Positions 25,227 through 35,158 of a DNA stretch of 64,000 bases are shown one piece after another. The notes beneath the pieces were generated by a model. The model was given only the letters and a program-made list of their open reading frames with translations, made no database searches and had not been told where the DNA came from. Source of the stretch: Candidatus Poribacteria bacterium (GTDB taxonomy: Bacteria; Poribacteria; WGA-4E; WGA-3G); NCBI GenBank assembly GCA_022821065.1, contig JAJEEK010000037.1, positions 16,642 through 80,641 on the forward strand. Reading direction: 5' to 3'. Both the position numbers and the translations under genes were made by a program. The first letter of the stretch is position 1, and every line of letters starts with the position of its first letter.

Positions 25227-26678
25227 TTAGTTTTGGTTTCCGAAGAGTTCGAGTACCTTCAACTGGTCCATAGCGGCGACGATCTGCGGGTCGTGCTCGA
25301 GCTCGTCTTGAGGCGTTTCAGTGATTTCTGCAAGTGCGTATTTCAGTCCGCGATCGCTGAGGATGATCTGCTCTTCTGTGAGTGCGTCGCCTAAGCGTTG
25401 GTAGTTCTGTCGGAGTCTCGCGGCTTGCTCGTCATCGCGTGCGGCATGTTCAGCATCGGTAAGTTTGTTTAGTACGTCGTCGCCATTCTCTTCGATAAAG
25501 GTTTTGACCTTCTCGTGATTCTGGAGTTTCAACTGCATCAGCCGTTCAGACCGGCTAAACCATTCGGTTTCAACATCGGGTATGATCCCAATTTTCTCGA
25601 TGTCGCCGCCGTTGGGTGTATAGTAGCTCGCGACGGTGAGTTTAACAGCAGATTTTCCGTTTCTGAGTCGGAACACGCGTTGGACAGAAGCCTTCCCGAA
25701 AGTTTTTCCACCCATGACGAGTCCGCGTTTGTGGTCTTTTACGGCACCTGCGACGATTTCAGAGGCACTTGCGCTACCACCGTTGACGAGTACAATTAGT
25801 GGAAAATACTCCCGTTTGATCCCGTCCGCGGGGAAATTATCGCGGGATCCGGGGCCTTTACCTTGACTATAAACGACGAGTTGACCGGGAGCCAGGAAAT
25901 CACTTGCGATCTCGACAGCTGAAGAGAGTAAGCCGCCTGGGTTTGAGCGGAGGTCAAGGATGATTCCACGGACATTTTGTGCGTTGAAGGCATCAAAGGC
26001 GTTATCGACATCATCTGCAGTTGTATCAAGAAATTGATTGATTTTGATGTATCCGATTTTATCGCCGATAATATTTTGCTCAACGCTGGGGATCCGGATG
26101 ACTTCGCGGGTGATGGTGAGTTCGATCGGGCGGCTCTCGTTTTCACGAATAATCGTAATTGAGACCGAAGTTCCGGGTTCACCGCGTAGCCGATCGACAG
26201 CATCCGTCAAAGACATCGTTGCAGTGGATTCACCTTCAATTTGGCTGATGATGTCGCCGTTTAGAACACCTGCGAGTGCAGCGGGATTATTTTTAAAGGG
26301 TGTAATCACAGTCAACATATCTTCTCGAATACCGATTGTCATGCCGAGTCCGGCATATTTACCTTGGTTCTGTGTCTGAAACTCAAGGTAGTCTGGGATG
26401 AATTGGCTGTATGGATCCAATTCGCGCAGCATACCGTTGATGGCACCTGCTATGACCTCTTTGCTATCGGGGGTATCAACATGGTTCTGTTTGACCTGCC
26501 CCAAGATTTCAGAAAGAAGAGCGATGTTTTCCAGCATTTTGCTGTCGGATTCCTCTGCTGTCTTTTCCGACCCCCAAGTAGGTTGGAGGAACGAAGAGAT
26601 AAGGAATACAGACACCAAGATGTGAAAACAGATTTTAGGTAAAGTGTGCGATCCAGAGTTTGTTATTAGCAGTTTCAT
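25227..26678 (-). CDS. S41 family carboxy-terminal processing peptidase (PDZ domain)
   Basis: There is a signal/anchor, a PDZ segment [35 protein letters not shown], and the S41 motifs [12 protein letters not shown] and [17 protein letters not shown]. Confidence 0.88.
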   Translation of the reverse strand: MKLLITNSGSHTLPKICFHILVSVFLISSFLQPTWGSEKTAEESDSKMLENIALLSEILGQVKQNHVDTPDSKEVIAGAINGMLRELDPYSQFIPDYLEFQTQNQGKYAGLGMTIGIREDMLTVITPFKNNPAALAGVLNGDIISQIEGESTATMSLTDAVDRLRGEPGTSVSITIIRENESRPIELTITREVIRIPSVEQNIIGDKIGYIKINQFLDTTADDVDNAFDAFNAQNVRGIILDLRSNPGGLLSSAVEIASDFLAPGQLVVYSQGKGPGSRDNFPADGIKREYFPLIVLVNGGSASASEIVAGAVKDHKRGLVMGGKTFGKASVQRVFRLRNGKSAVKLTVASYYTPNGGDIEKIGIIPDVETEWFSRSERLMQLKLQNHEKVKTFIEENGDDVLNKLTDAEHAARDDEQAARLRQNYQRLGDALTEEQIILSDRGLKYALAEITETPQDELEHDPQIVAAMDQLKVLELFGNQN

Positions 26679-26718
26679 TTTTTTCCTCCTGCAGTCCGTT
26701 TTGGAATAACCCCTAAAT

Positions 26719-26742
26719 CCCCCTTATCAGGGGCTTTAAGAG
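26719..26742. repeat. 25-nt hairpin-containing motif, copy B (CCCCCTTATCAGGGGCTTTAAGAG)
   Basis: It matches 12364-12388 apart from a 1-nt indel. It lies 41 nt upstream of the S41 peptidase start codon. It is followed by TGCGTAAGT, which resembles the MITE terminal repeat. Confidence 0.6.
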
Positions 26743-26756
26743 AAAATGCGTAAGTT

Positions 26757-27239
26757 TTATTTGTATAGCAAGTTTCGCAATCGTCGGATGTTTGGAATGC
26801 GAAAAGCGATGAAGGCAGCGACCGCTGCGTAGAGTAGGTCAATCTGCGTCAGTCGTTGTTGCATCAATTCCCATACAGATTGCCCTTTAAAAACTGTTGT
26901 GGCGATCGGCATCGCTTGTTGTATGGACATGTTGTTTTCCTTGCTAATCTGTTCAGCGATTTGCGCGACGGCGTTCCACTGGACATCGAGATATTTTCCG
27001 ATAAAGATACCGAATATTGCGAAAACCGCAGCACCGACACCGACAAGCCTCCACGTTGTTTTTGCGTCTGGTGAGAGGCTACGGCTGCTTGTCAGCAGTA
27101 TCCCTGCACCGGTTAATACACCAATACTGATAGCGACGAAGCCAGCGGTGTGTCCTGTCCACTGGATATATTTTGCCCAGAGTACACCGCCGAGTGCTGC
27201 GCCCAAGAAGCCTCCAAACGGTGCTATCACAGTGTTCAT
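26757..27239 (-). CDS. Hypothetical integral membrane protein
   Basis: The 160 aa product has 4 hydrophobic segments and no recognisable motif. Its start abuts the gatA stop. Confidence 0.4.
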   Translation of the reverse strand: MNTVIAPFGGFLGAALGGVLWAKYIQWTGHTAGFVAISIGVLTGAGILLTSSRSLSPDAKTTWRLVGVGAAVFAIFGIFIGKYLDVQWNAVAQIAEQISKENNMSIQQAMPIATTVFKGQSVWELMQQRLTQIDLLYAAVAAFIAFRIPNIRRLRNLLYK

Positions 27240-28717
27240 TAACCCACTCCATTCGTTTGGATTTGCGGTTTCTGTTGGTGGTGTTCGGTGTTCTGCTCAA
27301 AAGTGTAGGCGACGCGCAGAACGTTTTCTTCTGCGAAGGGTGCACCGAGCAGTTGTAATCCGACCGGCAGTCCGCTCTTCACAAGACCGCACGGTATAGA
27401 GATCCCTGGCAATCCGGCGTGACTTGCAGGCGTAGTCATCACATCGGAAAGATACATCTGTAGTGGGTCGGCAGTCCGTTCACCTATTTTGAATGCTGGT
27501 GTAGGTGAGGTCGGCGTTGCGATAACATCCACCTTCTCAAACGCGGCATCAAAATCGGATTTTATGAGTGTCCGTACTTTCTGTGCTTTTTTATAGTATG
27601 CATCTTGGTAGCCTGCGCTGAGTGCGAAGGTGCCGAGCATAATCCGACGTTTGACCTCTTCACCGAATCCTTCGCTCCGCGTCTTCTTGTACATAGAGAT
27701 GAGGTCTTCCGGGTTTTCGTTGCGGTATCCGTAGCGGACACCGTCGTATCTTGCAAGGTTCGCGCTCGCTTCAGCGGGTGCGATGATGTAGTATGTGGCA
27801 ATGGCATATTCGGTATGTGGTAGCGAGACCTCTTCAACAGTCGCCCCGAGTCCTTCAAGCACAGCAATAGCGGCGTGCACGTTGTCGGCAATGTCTGCGT
27901 CTAACGCCGGTGTGAAGTATTCTTTTGGGACCCCGATTTTTAAACCTTCCACGTCGTTGATGAGGCACTGCGTAAAATCTGGCACCGGAGCATCAACAGA
28001 GGTTGCATCCCTCGCGTCGCTTCCGCAGATGGCGTTGAGTAGCAAGGCGCAATCGGTAACATCCTTAGTGAAGGGACCGATTTGGTCGAGTGAAGAAGCG
28101 AAGGCGACGAGTCCGTAGCGCGAGACGCGTCCGTAGGTCGGTTTCATACCGACGACCCCACAGAGTGCTGCGGGTTGACGGATGGATCCGCCGGTATCTG
28201 AACCGAGCGAACAGACGGCAGTATCCGCGGACACAACTGCGGCAGAACCGCCACTTGAACCGCCGGGAATCGTATCGAGGTCCCACGGGTTGTGCGTGAT
28301 CTGGTATGCCGAGTTTTCAGTAGAGGAACCCATAGCGAACTCATCCATGTTCGTTTTACCGACCATGACAACGCCTTGTGCATGGAGTTTCGTCATAACG
28401 GTTGCATTGTATGGCGGAACGAAGTTTTCGAGGATTTTGGAGCCGCAGGTCGTTCGGACATTTTTGGTGCATATCACGTCTTTAATCGCAATTGGGATTC
28501 CAGCGAGGGGTGGCATCTCATCCCCGTTTTGGAATCCTTCGTCGGCGCGACTCGCCTGTTCCAAGGCGATATCTTTTGTCAATGTCAAGTAACCTTTAAC
28601 ATGTGGTTCGACTTCGGCGATGCGTTCGTAGACAGCCTCGGTGAGTTCCTGAGCGGTGATTTCACGTGCTTTGAGTTTTTCGTGTAAGGCGTGTGCCGTC
28701 AATTCATATAGTGGCAT
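27239..28717 (-). CDS. gatA: Asp-tRNA(Asn)/Glu-tRNA(Gln) amidotransferase subunit A
   Basis: It has the amidase signature [13 protein letters not shown] and [13 protein letters not shown]. The N-terminus [16 protein letters not shown] is GatA-like, and gatC lies directly upstream. Confidence 0.95.
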   Translation of the reverse strand: MPLYELTAHALHEKLKAREITAQELTEAVYERIAEVEPHVKGYLTLTKDIALEQASRADEGFQNGDEMPPLAGIPIAIKDVICTKNVRTTCGSKILENFVPPYNATVMTKLHAQGVVMVGKTNMDEFAMGSSTENSAYQITHNPWDLDTIPGGSSGGSAAVVSADTAVCSLGSDTGGSIRQPAALCGVVGMKPTYGRVSRYGLVAFASSLDQIGPFTKDVTDCALLLNAICGSDARDATSVDAPVPDFTQCLINDVEGLKIGVPKEYFTPALDADIADNVHAAIAVLEGLGATVEEVSLPHTEYAIATYYIIAPAEASANLARYDGVRYGYRNENPEDLISMYKKTRSEGFGEEVKRRIMLGTFALSAGYQDAYYKKAQKVRTLIKSDFDAAFEKVDVIATPTSPTPAFKIGERTADPLQMYLSDVMTTPASHAGLPGISIPCGLVKSGLPVGLQLLGAPFAEENVLRVAYTFEQNTEHHQQKPQIQTNGVG

Positions 28718-28734
28718 TTAGTCGTTCCTCTATT

Positions 28735-29064
28735 TTACCCGCGGTCGACCACTCTGGGTACACCGAAGTATCCTTCTTCGGGTTCAGGTGCGTTTGCGAG
28801 AACTTCTTCGATCGGGTAGGAGGGTTTAACGGCATCCGGTTTCGCGACGTGAGGTGCGCCTTCTTCTGACCCTAAGATGAAAATTTGGTGCGGATGGATG
28901 TGCGAAGTTGGTGGCACGTCATCTGTTTCAAGTTCATTTAATTTCCCGATATAGTCGAGGATCCGGGCAAGCTGCTCGGTAAAGTGTGCTGTCTCTTCGT
29001 CGTTAAATTCGAGGCGCGCCAGATTTGCGACGTGGCGTACGCCGTCTATAGTAATCGTTGCCAT
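28735..29064 (-). CDS. gatC: Asp/Glu-tRNA amidotransferase subunit C
   Basis: VRHVANLARLEFNDEETAHFTEQLARILDYIGKLNELETDDVPPTSH is the GatC signature. An AAGGAGA ribosome-binding site precedes the start. Confidence 0.85.
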   Translation of the reverse strand: MATITIDGVRHVANLARLEFNDEETAHFTEQLARILDYIGKLNELETDDVPPTSHIHPHQIFILGSEEGAPHVAKPDAVKPSYPIEEVLANAPEPEEGYFGVPRVVDRG

Positions 29065-29157
29065 TTTTATCTTTTCGTCTCCTTATTAATCATCTAATCT
29101 TCGGGCAGGATCCCCAATGCTTTAGCGTTGGGAGGAATGTCCACTCCTTTTTTTTTC

Positions 29158-29186
29158 TTGACCAATCAAGTCAAAAATGTTATACT
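29158..29186 (+). promoter_or_regulatory. Near-consensus sigma-70 promoter with no downstream ORF
   Basis: TTGACC, 17 nt spacer, TGtTATACT (extended -10). It points into the ORF-less interval 29187-29459 between two minus-strand genes. Confidence 0.5.
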
Positions 29187-29459
29187 GCTCTTTGTAGTGT
29201 AAGGTTGCGAGTTAGGCTGCTGTTCGCTACCCCCGTGTGCAACTCGTGTAAAGCTACAGCACAAGACGGAAAAGAAACAGATACTGGTGGAACACTTGAG
29301 TGTAATGAACTGCCACAGGTAAAAGCGTGGGTTCGTAAACGCACTGTAAAAAAACAAATAGTCAACTTTTGTTGAGAGGGCTGCTTGGATCCCTCTGTGG
29401 AGCAGATGTAAGACGTTTCCTCGGAAACGCAAACTGCTATGAAGCACAAGCCCAATCCT

Positions 29460-31676
29460 TCAGGTTTGGGTGCCTTGACCAGACACTGTTAGGTCCGGTA
29501 CAATTGATGGGTCAAGTTGCTTGGTCATGCCACTACGACTAAACCTAACAGTGATATAAACATTGCTTTTTCCGCCGCTGATTTTTGTTATCTTACCTCT
29601 TCCGAATTGTGGATGATGAACAATCTGATTGACGTAGTAATCGTTTGCCTCGTCCTCGATGACCTCATACAAACCGTCTGATTGTTGGAATGGAGAGCGG
29701 TAGCGATCAACAGGTTTGATAAGGTGTTCCGGGATTTCGGCGATAAAACGCGACGGTGTTCGATACTCTCTTTCGCGGTAGGTTCTTCGTGCGGTCGCGT
29801 GTGAGAGATAAAGCTGCTCCATCGCTCGCGTGATTCCGACGTAACAGAGTCTGCGTTCTTCCTCTAATTCGGGTTCCGTACTGATAGAACGTTGATGCGG
29901 TAGATATCCCTCTTCCATGCCGACGATAAAGACGAATGGGAATTCCAAGCCTTTGGCACTGTGGAGTGTCATCAGCGTCACGAGATCGGTGTTGTCGGTT
30001 TCCATAGTATCAATATCTGCGATGAGTGCGATGTTCTCCAAATAATCCGAGAGGCTCGGTTCGGGGGCATTATGCTCATATTCGATAACGGCGTTAATGA
30101 GTTCTTCAATGTTTTCGACGCGATTTTGTGCTTCGATTGAGTTCTGTCCCTCTAAATTTTTGAGATAGCCGGTTATCTTCAGGGTGTAATCAAGCGCATC
30201 GGCTGGCAAGGTCGTCGCGTCAAAATCGTCGAAGGCTTCGGCGAAGCGTTGGACTTTTGTCTGGATGCCGCGGCTAATGGTATCAACTTCATCGACACGT
30301 TGGATCGCTTCAAAGAGTGAGATGCCTTCGCGCATCGCGAAATCGTTAAGTCGTTCAACCGTTGTGGCACCGATCCCTTTGGCGTGGTTGTTGATGCTGC
30401 CCGATATATTAATGATACGTCGGAGGCTCATAGAGTCGTTGGGGTTACACATCACACGGAGGTATGCGAGGAGGTCCTTGACTTCCATCCGGTCGTAGAA
30501 ACCGACACCCCCGACAATCTGATAGGGGATGTTTGCGGCTCGGAACGCCTCCTCAAAGATACGGGATTGTGCGTTGATCCGATAGAAGATCGCGAAGTCT
30601 TTGTAATCCACGCCTTCTTTATGCCAATCTTCGATTTTCGTGCCGACGAATCCCGCCTCATCGTTTTCGTCTATCGCTTCGTAACAGGTAATCAGTTCTC
30701 CCTCGTCCTGTTCGGTCCAGAGTTTTTTCGGTTTTCGTGCTTTGTTGTTTTGTACGACGTTCCACGCCGCGTCCAATATATTTTGTGTGGAACGGTAATT
30801 CTGTTCTAAACGGAGGACACGGGTGTCTGGATAGTCTTTCTCAAAGTCGAGGATATTCCTGATGTCTGCACCGCGAAAAGCGTAGATGGATTGGTCGTCG
30901 TCCCCGACGACGCAGATGTTCTGTGTTGAACCCGTTAGCAGACGGACCAATTCATACTGGCATCGGTTGGTGTCCTGATACTCGTCAACGAGGATGTACT
31001 CGAATTTGTTTTGATAAAATTTATGTGTTTCGGGGTTCTTTTTTAGAAGATCCACAGCAAAGAGGAGTAGATCATCGAAGTCGAGAGAGTTGTTGAGACG
31101 GAGTGATTCTTGATAAAGCGGATAAACTTTCGCGACGACGCTCTCGAAATAGCCGTCAGTCGTTCTCTCGTATTCCGCTGGCGAGATGGATTCGTTCTTG
31201 GCGCGACTGATGAGGCTGAGGATGGAGCGCGGATTGAATTGTTTCTCGCTATAGTTAAGTTGTCGGAGGACATCTTTGACGATTGTTGCCTGTTCACCTG
31301 TATCGAAGATAGTGAAATTGCGGGTGTAGACATGTTTTGTTGATTGCCCTTCATTAGGGTTCAACTTTTCAATATCTCGGCGTAAGATACGCGCACAAGT
31401 TGCGTGGAAGGTTGAGACCCAGAGGTCACGGCTAACGCCGCCTTCAACGAGTACATCAAGCCGCTCTTTCATCTCTCTCGCTGCCTTGTTTGTGAAAGTC
31501 ACGGCGAGGATCCGGTATGGAGAGATGCCGTGGTGTTTGAGGAGGTAGGCGATGCGATGCGTAATGACGCGCGTTTTGCCGCTCCCCGCACCGGATAAGA
31601 TGAGAAGCGGTCCGTTGACGTGCTCAACGGCTTCACGCTGGACATCGTTTAAGGAATTTAATAGGGTATCGCTCAA
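29460..31676 (-). CDS. pcrA: ATP-dependent DNA helicase, PcrA/UvrD family (SF1)
   Basis: It has AGSGKTRV (motif I), DEYQDTN (motif II), TLHSAKGLEFPFVF and the YVGITRA motifs. A C-terminal Tudor-like tail HPQFGRGKI is present. Confidence 0.92.
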   Translation of the reverse strand: MSDTLLNSLNDVQREAVEHVNGPLLILSGAGSGKTRVITHRIAYLLKHHGISPYRILAVTFTNKAAREMKERLDVLVEGGVSRDLWVSTFHATCARILRRDIEKLNPNEGQSTKHVYTRNFTIFDTGEQATIVKDVLRQLNYSEKQFNPRSILSLISRAKNESISPAEYERTTDGYFESVVAKVYPLYQESLRLNNSLDFDDLLLFAVDLLKKNPETHKFYQNKFEYILVDEYQDTNRCQYELVRLLTGSTQNICVVGDDDQSIYAFRGADIRNILDFEKDYPDTRVLRLEQNYRSTQNILDAAWNVVQNNKARKPKKLWTEQDEGELITCYEAIDENDEAGFVGTKIEDWHKEGVDYKDFAIFYRINAQSRIFEEAFRAANIPYQIVGGVGFYDRMEVKDLLAYLRVMCNPNDSMSLRRIINISGSINNHAKGIGATTVERLNDFAMREGISLFEAIQRVDEVDTISRGIQTKVQRFAEAFDDFDATTLPADALDYTLKITGYLKNLEGQNSIEAQNRVENIEELINAVIEYEHNAPEPSLSDYLENIALIADIDTMETDNTDLVTLMTLHSAKGLEFPFVFIVGMEEGYLPHQRSISTEPELEEERRLCYVGITRAMEQLYLSHATARRTYREREYRTPSRFIAEIPEHLIKPVDRYRSPFQQSDGLYEVIEDEANDYYVNQIVHHPQFGRGKITKISGGKSNVYITVRFSRSGMTKQLDPSIVPDLTVSGQGTQT

Positions 31677-31836
31677 TGTTTATCCTTTGCTATGTCGTAT
31701 TTTTAGAGGCGTAGGAGACCCAATACCGTTGGGTTTCGGTAACATGCTTGCAAGCGGCGCGACACGCCCCTAACTTCATTCTACAAAGTATATACGATTT
31801 GGATTAATTTTGCAAAGGAAATTTCGGAATGGGTTC

Positions 31837-32016
31837 CTAATGTTTTTGATAACTTTCCTTAACACCTTTCCAAGCGAGCGCGAGTTCTTTCAGCGCCCCT
31901 TCTGGTGTATCTGAAAACGCTGATACATTGGGCATTTCAACAAAGTGAGCTAAGTAATCGCCATCCTCGTCAAGAAATATGTTCACATTGAATCCATCAA
32001 ACACATCTTCATTCAT
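31837..32016 (-). CDS. HicB-like (UPF0150) small protein, 59 aa, absent from the supplied ORF track
   Basis: Hand translation gives MNEDVFDGFNVNIFLDEDGDYLAHFVEMPNVSAFSDTPEGALKELALAWKGVKESYQKH. This fits the HicB N-terminal pattern (Y.A...E.P...A.G.T.EEA...L..A). No HicA partner was seen. Confidence 0.45.
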   Translation of the reverse strand: MNEDVFDGFNVNIFLDEDGDYLAHFVEMPNVSAFSDTPEGALKELALAWKGVKESYQKH

Positions 32017-32159
32017 AAAGATCGCACCTATTAGTCTGTCAACATTGAAATGAAAGGTAAACCCGGCTTGTAGTCGTGCGATTTATCGCACGTCAAGAAC
32101 GGGCAATGAATTGCCCTACTACGAACCATCCATCAGTTTAGATGTGACAGGCTACTCTG

Positions 32160-35030
32160 TCAGGTAAGGTATTCCTTCAAGAACTGACCAGTGAAGGAGC
32201 CTTCGACAGCTGCGACTTCTTCTGGGGTGCCGCACGCTAAGACTTTCCCGCCTTTGTGTCCACCTTCGGGGCCAAGGTCGATGATATAATCGGCGGTTTT
32301 GATGACATCCAGATGGTGCTCGATGACAATCACGGTATGTCCGGTATCGACGAGGCGATTGAGACTGTCGAGGAGTTTCTGTACGTCTGCGATGTGCAGC
32401 CCTGTCGTCGGTTCATCTAAGATATAGAGGTTATGCTTGCTGCGCTTGAGTTTACCGAGTTCGCTTGCCAATTTTACCCGTTGTGCTTCGCCCCCGGAGA
32501 GAATTGGGGCGGGATGCCCGATCTGGAGATACCCCATACCGAGTTGGTTTAAGACGCTCAACTTATGGTTAATCAATCGCTGATCGGCGAAGAACTCGAC
32601 ACCTTCCTCGATGGACATATTAAGAATTTCGGAGATATTCTTGCCGTTGTAGGTAACATCAAGCGTATCTTCGTTGTAGCGCGCGCCTTTACAGGTCGGG
32701 CAGACGACTTCAACGTCCGGCATAAAGTGGAGCTGCGTTGTGATGGTGCCATCACCGTGGCATTCTTCGCACCGTCCGCCTTTGACGTTGAAACTGAATC
32801 GTGAGGCGGTGTAGCCTCTTGAGACTGAGAGCGGCGCGCTGGCGAAAAGTTTACGGATATTGTCGTAGAATTTGATGTAGGTGGCGGGATTGGAACGCGA
32901 GGAGCGTCCGATCGGCGATTGGTCGATGCTAATCACATCGTCGACGTGCTGGTGTCCGTCAAGTTCATTATGCTCGCCGTAGAGCGTTCGGCTGTCGTGA
33001 TAGATAGAATGTAATCGCTTGTAGAGAATTTCGTTGACGAGGGTACTCTTACCGGAACCGGAAGCACCGGTAATGCAGATAAATACACCGAGCGGAATAT
33101 CTACGTCAATGTTATTGAGGTTGTTTTCTCTGGCACCGGTGATACTGATGAATTTACCGTTTGAGGTACGGCGTTGCTTCGGTAGTGGTATCTCTCGTCT
33201 TCCACTCAAATAGAGACCTGTCAGAGATTCGGGACAGTCAAGTATCGTTTCAAGTTCGCCTTGGATGACGACTTCGCCGCCGTGGACGCCGGGACCTGGT
33301 CCGAGTTCGATAATGTGATCGGCGGCACGAATGGTGCTTTCGTCGTGTTCAACAACGATAACGGTGTTCCCGATGTCTCTTAGTTTTCGTAAGGTCTCTA
33401 TCATTTTTGCGTTGTCTTTCGGGTGCAGACCGATACTCGGTTCGTCAAGGACATAGAGCATGCCCATCAAGCCGGAACCAATCTGTGTGGAGAGTCGGAT
33501 CCGCTGCGATTCGCCGCCGGAGAGCGTTGCGGAGCGACGGTTAAGGTTGAGATAATCGAGTCCAATACCGAGCAGGAGGTTAATCCGGATTACCAATTCA
33601 CTAATGACGCGGTTGCCTGCCTCTCGCTGTTTTTCGGGGATACCTGTGATGGCTGATAAGAAGTCTCTTAATTCCTCGAAATGTAGCTCGCCGACTTCGT
33701 GGATGGTTTGACCGTCAATGGTAACAAGAAGTCGTTGCCGTTTAAGTTTTGCGCCGTTGCAATCAGGACAGATGCGCTCTACCATCACCTTTCGGAGATA
33801 TTCTTCCATACCGGAGTGTGCTTCTCCCTGTTTTCGGTAGCGGCGATAGTGTCTATCAATTCGGGTAACAATACCATCGAACCGGATTTTTCGACCGAGG
33901 TGGCGTTTTTCGACGGGGCGCGCGCCTTCAGGTTGGCGGATCGGAAATTCTTCGCCGTGTGTGCCGTGATAGAGGATGTCAACAATGTTTTCTGGTAAGT
34001 CGGCAAAAGGGGTGTCGAGGTCAAATCCGTAGTGTGCAGCGAGGCTGTACATTGTCCTGCCGTCCCATCTATCAGGATCGTAGTTAAAGGCTTGATGTAC
34101 GAACGCGCCACCGGTGATACTTCGGGTCTTATCAGGGACGAGGAGGTTTGGATGTACCTGTAAATAGGTGCCGAGTCCTGAACAGGTTACACATGCGCCG
34201 CTCGGTTCGTTAAAAGTGAAGTGATGCGGACCGAGTTCAGCCATGATAATGCCGTGTTTCGGGCATCCGAACCCTTCCAACTGCTGTATAGCGTCTGGGT
34301 CAGCATCTTCAGGGAACTCGACATCGAAACGCATGAAGCCTTCCCCGACGAGCATGGCGTGTTCAAGAGAGGCGAGTACCTGTTTATCAATATCCTTTTT
34401 AACGTAGAATTTGTCAACAATGACTTGGAGATCGTATTCTTCCTCTGGGTCAAGTTCGATTTCCTCGCTGATGTCGTGTTCGATGCCGTCGATTTTGACG
34501 TGTCGGCACCCTTTTGTACGGATGTCGTCAAAGAGGTAGTCGTAATCTTCGCCGTAGATTTTGAAGACGGGTGCATGAATCTCGACCTCTGTATCCTCTG
34601 GTAAGGAGAGCATCCGTTCGAGTATCTGATGGTGCGAACGGATAGGAATCTCAACGTTACAGTAAGGACAGTGCGCGATACCGATGGTTGCGAATAGCAT
34701 GCGGAGGTAGTCCAGCAAATCGGTCATGGTACCGACGGTAGAACGCGGATTCATCGTGACTGTTTTCTGTTCGATAGAGACAACCGGAGATAACCCGTCA
34801 ATGAAATCGACATCTGGTTTTTTCAGTTGTGTGATAAAGCGTTTGGCGTAGGTGGACATCGATTCCAAGAATCTGCGTTGTCCTTCGGCGTAGACAGTAT
34901 CAAACGCTAATGAGGATTTACCGGAACCGCTGATACCGGTAACGACGACGAGTTGGTCTCGAGGGATTTCAAGTTCAATATCTTTTAGGTTGTTTTCACG
35001 TGCACCTTTAACGGCGACAGTCTGTCTCAT
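32160..35030 (-). CDS. uvrA: Excinuclease ABC subunit A
   Basis: The 956 aa product starts [39 protein letters not shown]. It has two ABC modules, zinc-finger cysteines and LSGGE(S/A)QR signatures. Confidence 0.97.
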   Translation of the reverse strand: MRQTVAVKGARENNLKDIELEIPRDQLVVVTGISGSGKSSLAFDTVYAEGQRRFLESMSTYAKRFITQLKKPDVDFIDGLSPVVSIEQKTVTMNPRSTVGTMTDLLDYLRMLFATIGIAHCPYCNVEIPIRSHHQILERMLSLPEDTEVEIHAPVFKIYGEDYDYLFDDIRTKGCRHVKIDGIEHDISEEIELDPEEEYDLQVIVDKFYVKKDIDKQVLASLEHAMLVGEGFMRFDVEFPEDADPDAIQQLEGFGCPKHGIIMAELGPHHFTFNEPSGACVTCSGLGTYLQVHPNLLVPDKTRSITGGAFVHQAFNYDPDRWDGRTMYSLAAHYGFDLDTPFADLPENIVDILYHGTHGEEFPIRQPEGARPVEKRHLGRKIRFDGIVTRIDRHYRRYRKQGEAHSGMEEYLRKVMVERICPDCNGAKLKRQRLLVTIDGQTIHEVGELHFEELRDFLSAITGIPEKQREAGNRVISELVIRINLLLGIGLDYLNLNRRSATLSGGESQRIRLSTQIGSGLMGMLYVLDEPSIGLHPKDNAKMIETLRKLRDIGNTVIVVEHDESTIRAADHIIELGPGPGVHGGEVVIQGELETILDCPESLTGLYLSGRREIPLPKQRRTSNGKFISITGARENNLNNIDVDIPLGVFICITGASGSGKSTLVNEILYKRLHSIYHDSRTLYGEHNELDGHQHVDDVISIDQSPIGRSSRSNPATYIKFYDNIRKLFASAPLSVSRGYTASRFSFNVKGGRCEECHGDGTITTQLHFMPDVEVVCPTCKGARYNEDTLDVTYNGKNISEILNMSIEEGVEFFADQRLINHKLSVLNQLGMGYLQIGHPAPILSGGEAQRVKLASELGKLKRSKHNLYILDEPTTGLHIADVQKLLDSLNRLVDTGHTVIVIEHHLDVIKTADYIIDLGPEGGHKGGKVLACGTPEEVAAVEGSFTGQFLKEYLT

Positions 35031-35158
35031 GCATGCCTCCTACGGTGGATTTTTAGGGTTTAGTGGGGTAAAATGGCTACTTTTTTATCCGATATATCCG
35101 AATGGACATCTATTAATTTAACGTACTTAAAGGCAAAATCGGAACGAGTTATTTGTGC

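Noticed and set aside
29058-29375. 105 aa plus-strand ORF in the gatC-pcrA spacer.
   Set aside because: It starts inside the gatC 5' end on the opposite strand and has no RBS. The strong plus-strand promoter (29158-29186) lies inside it, so most of it could not be translated from that transcript. Its composition is not protein-like.
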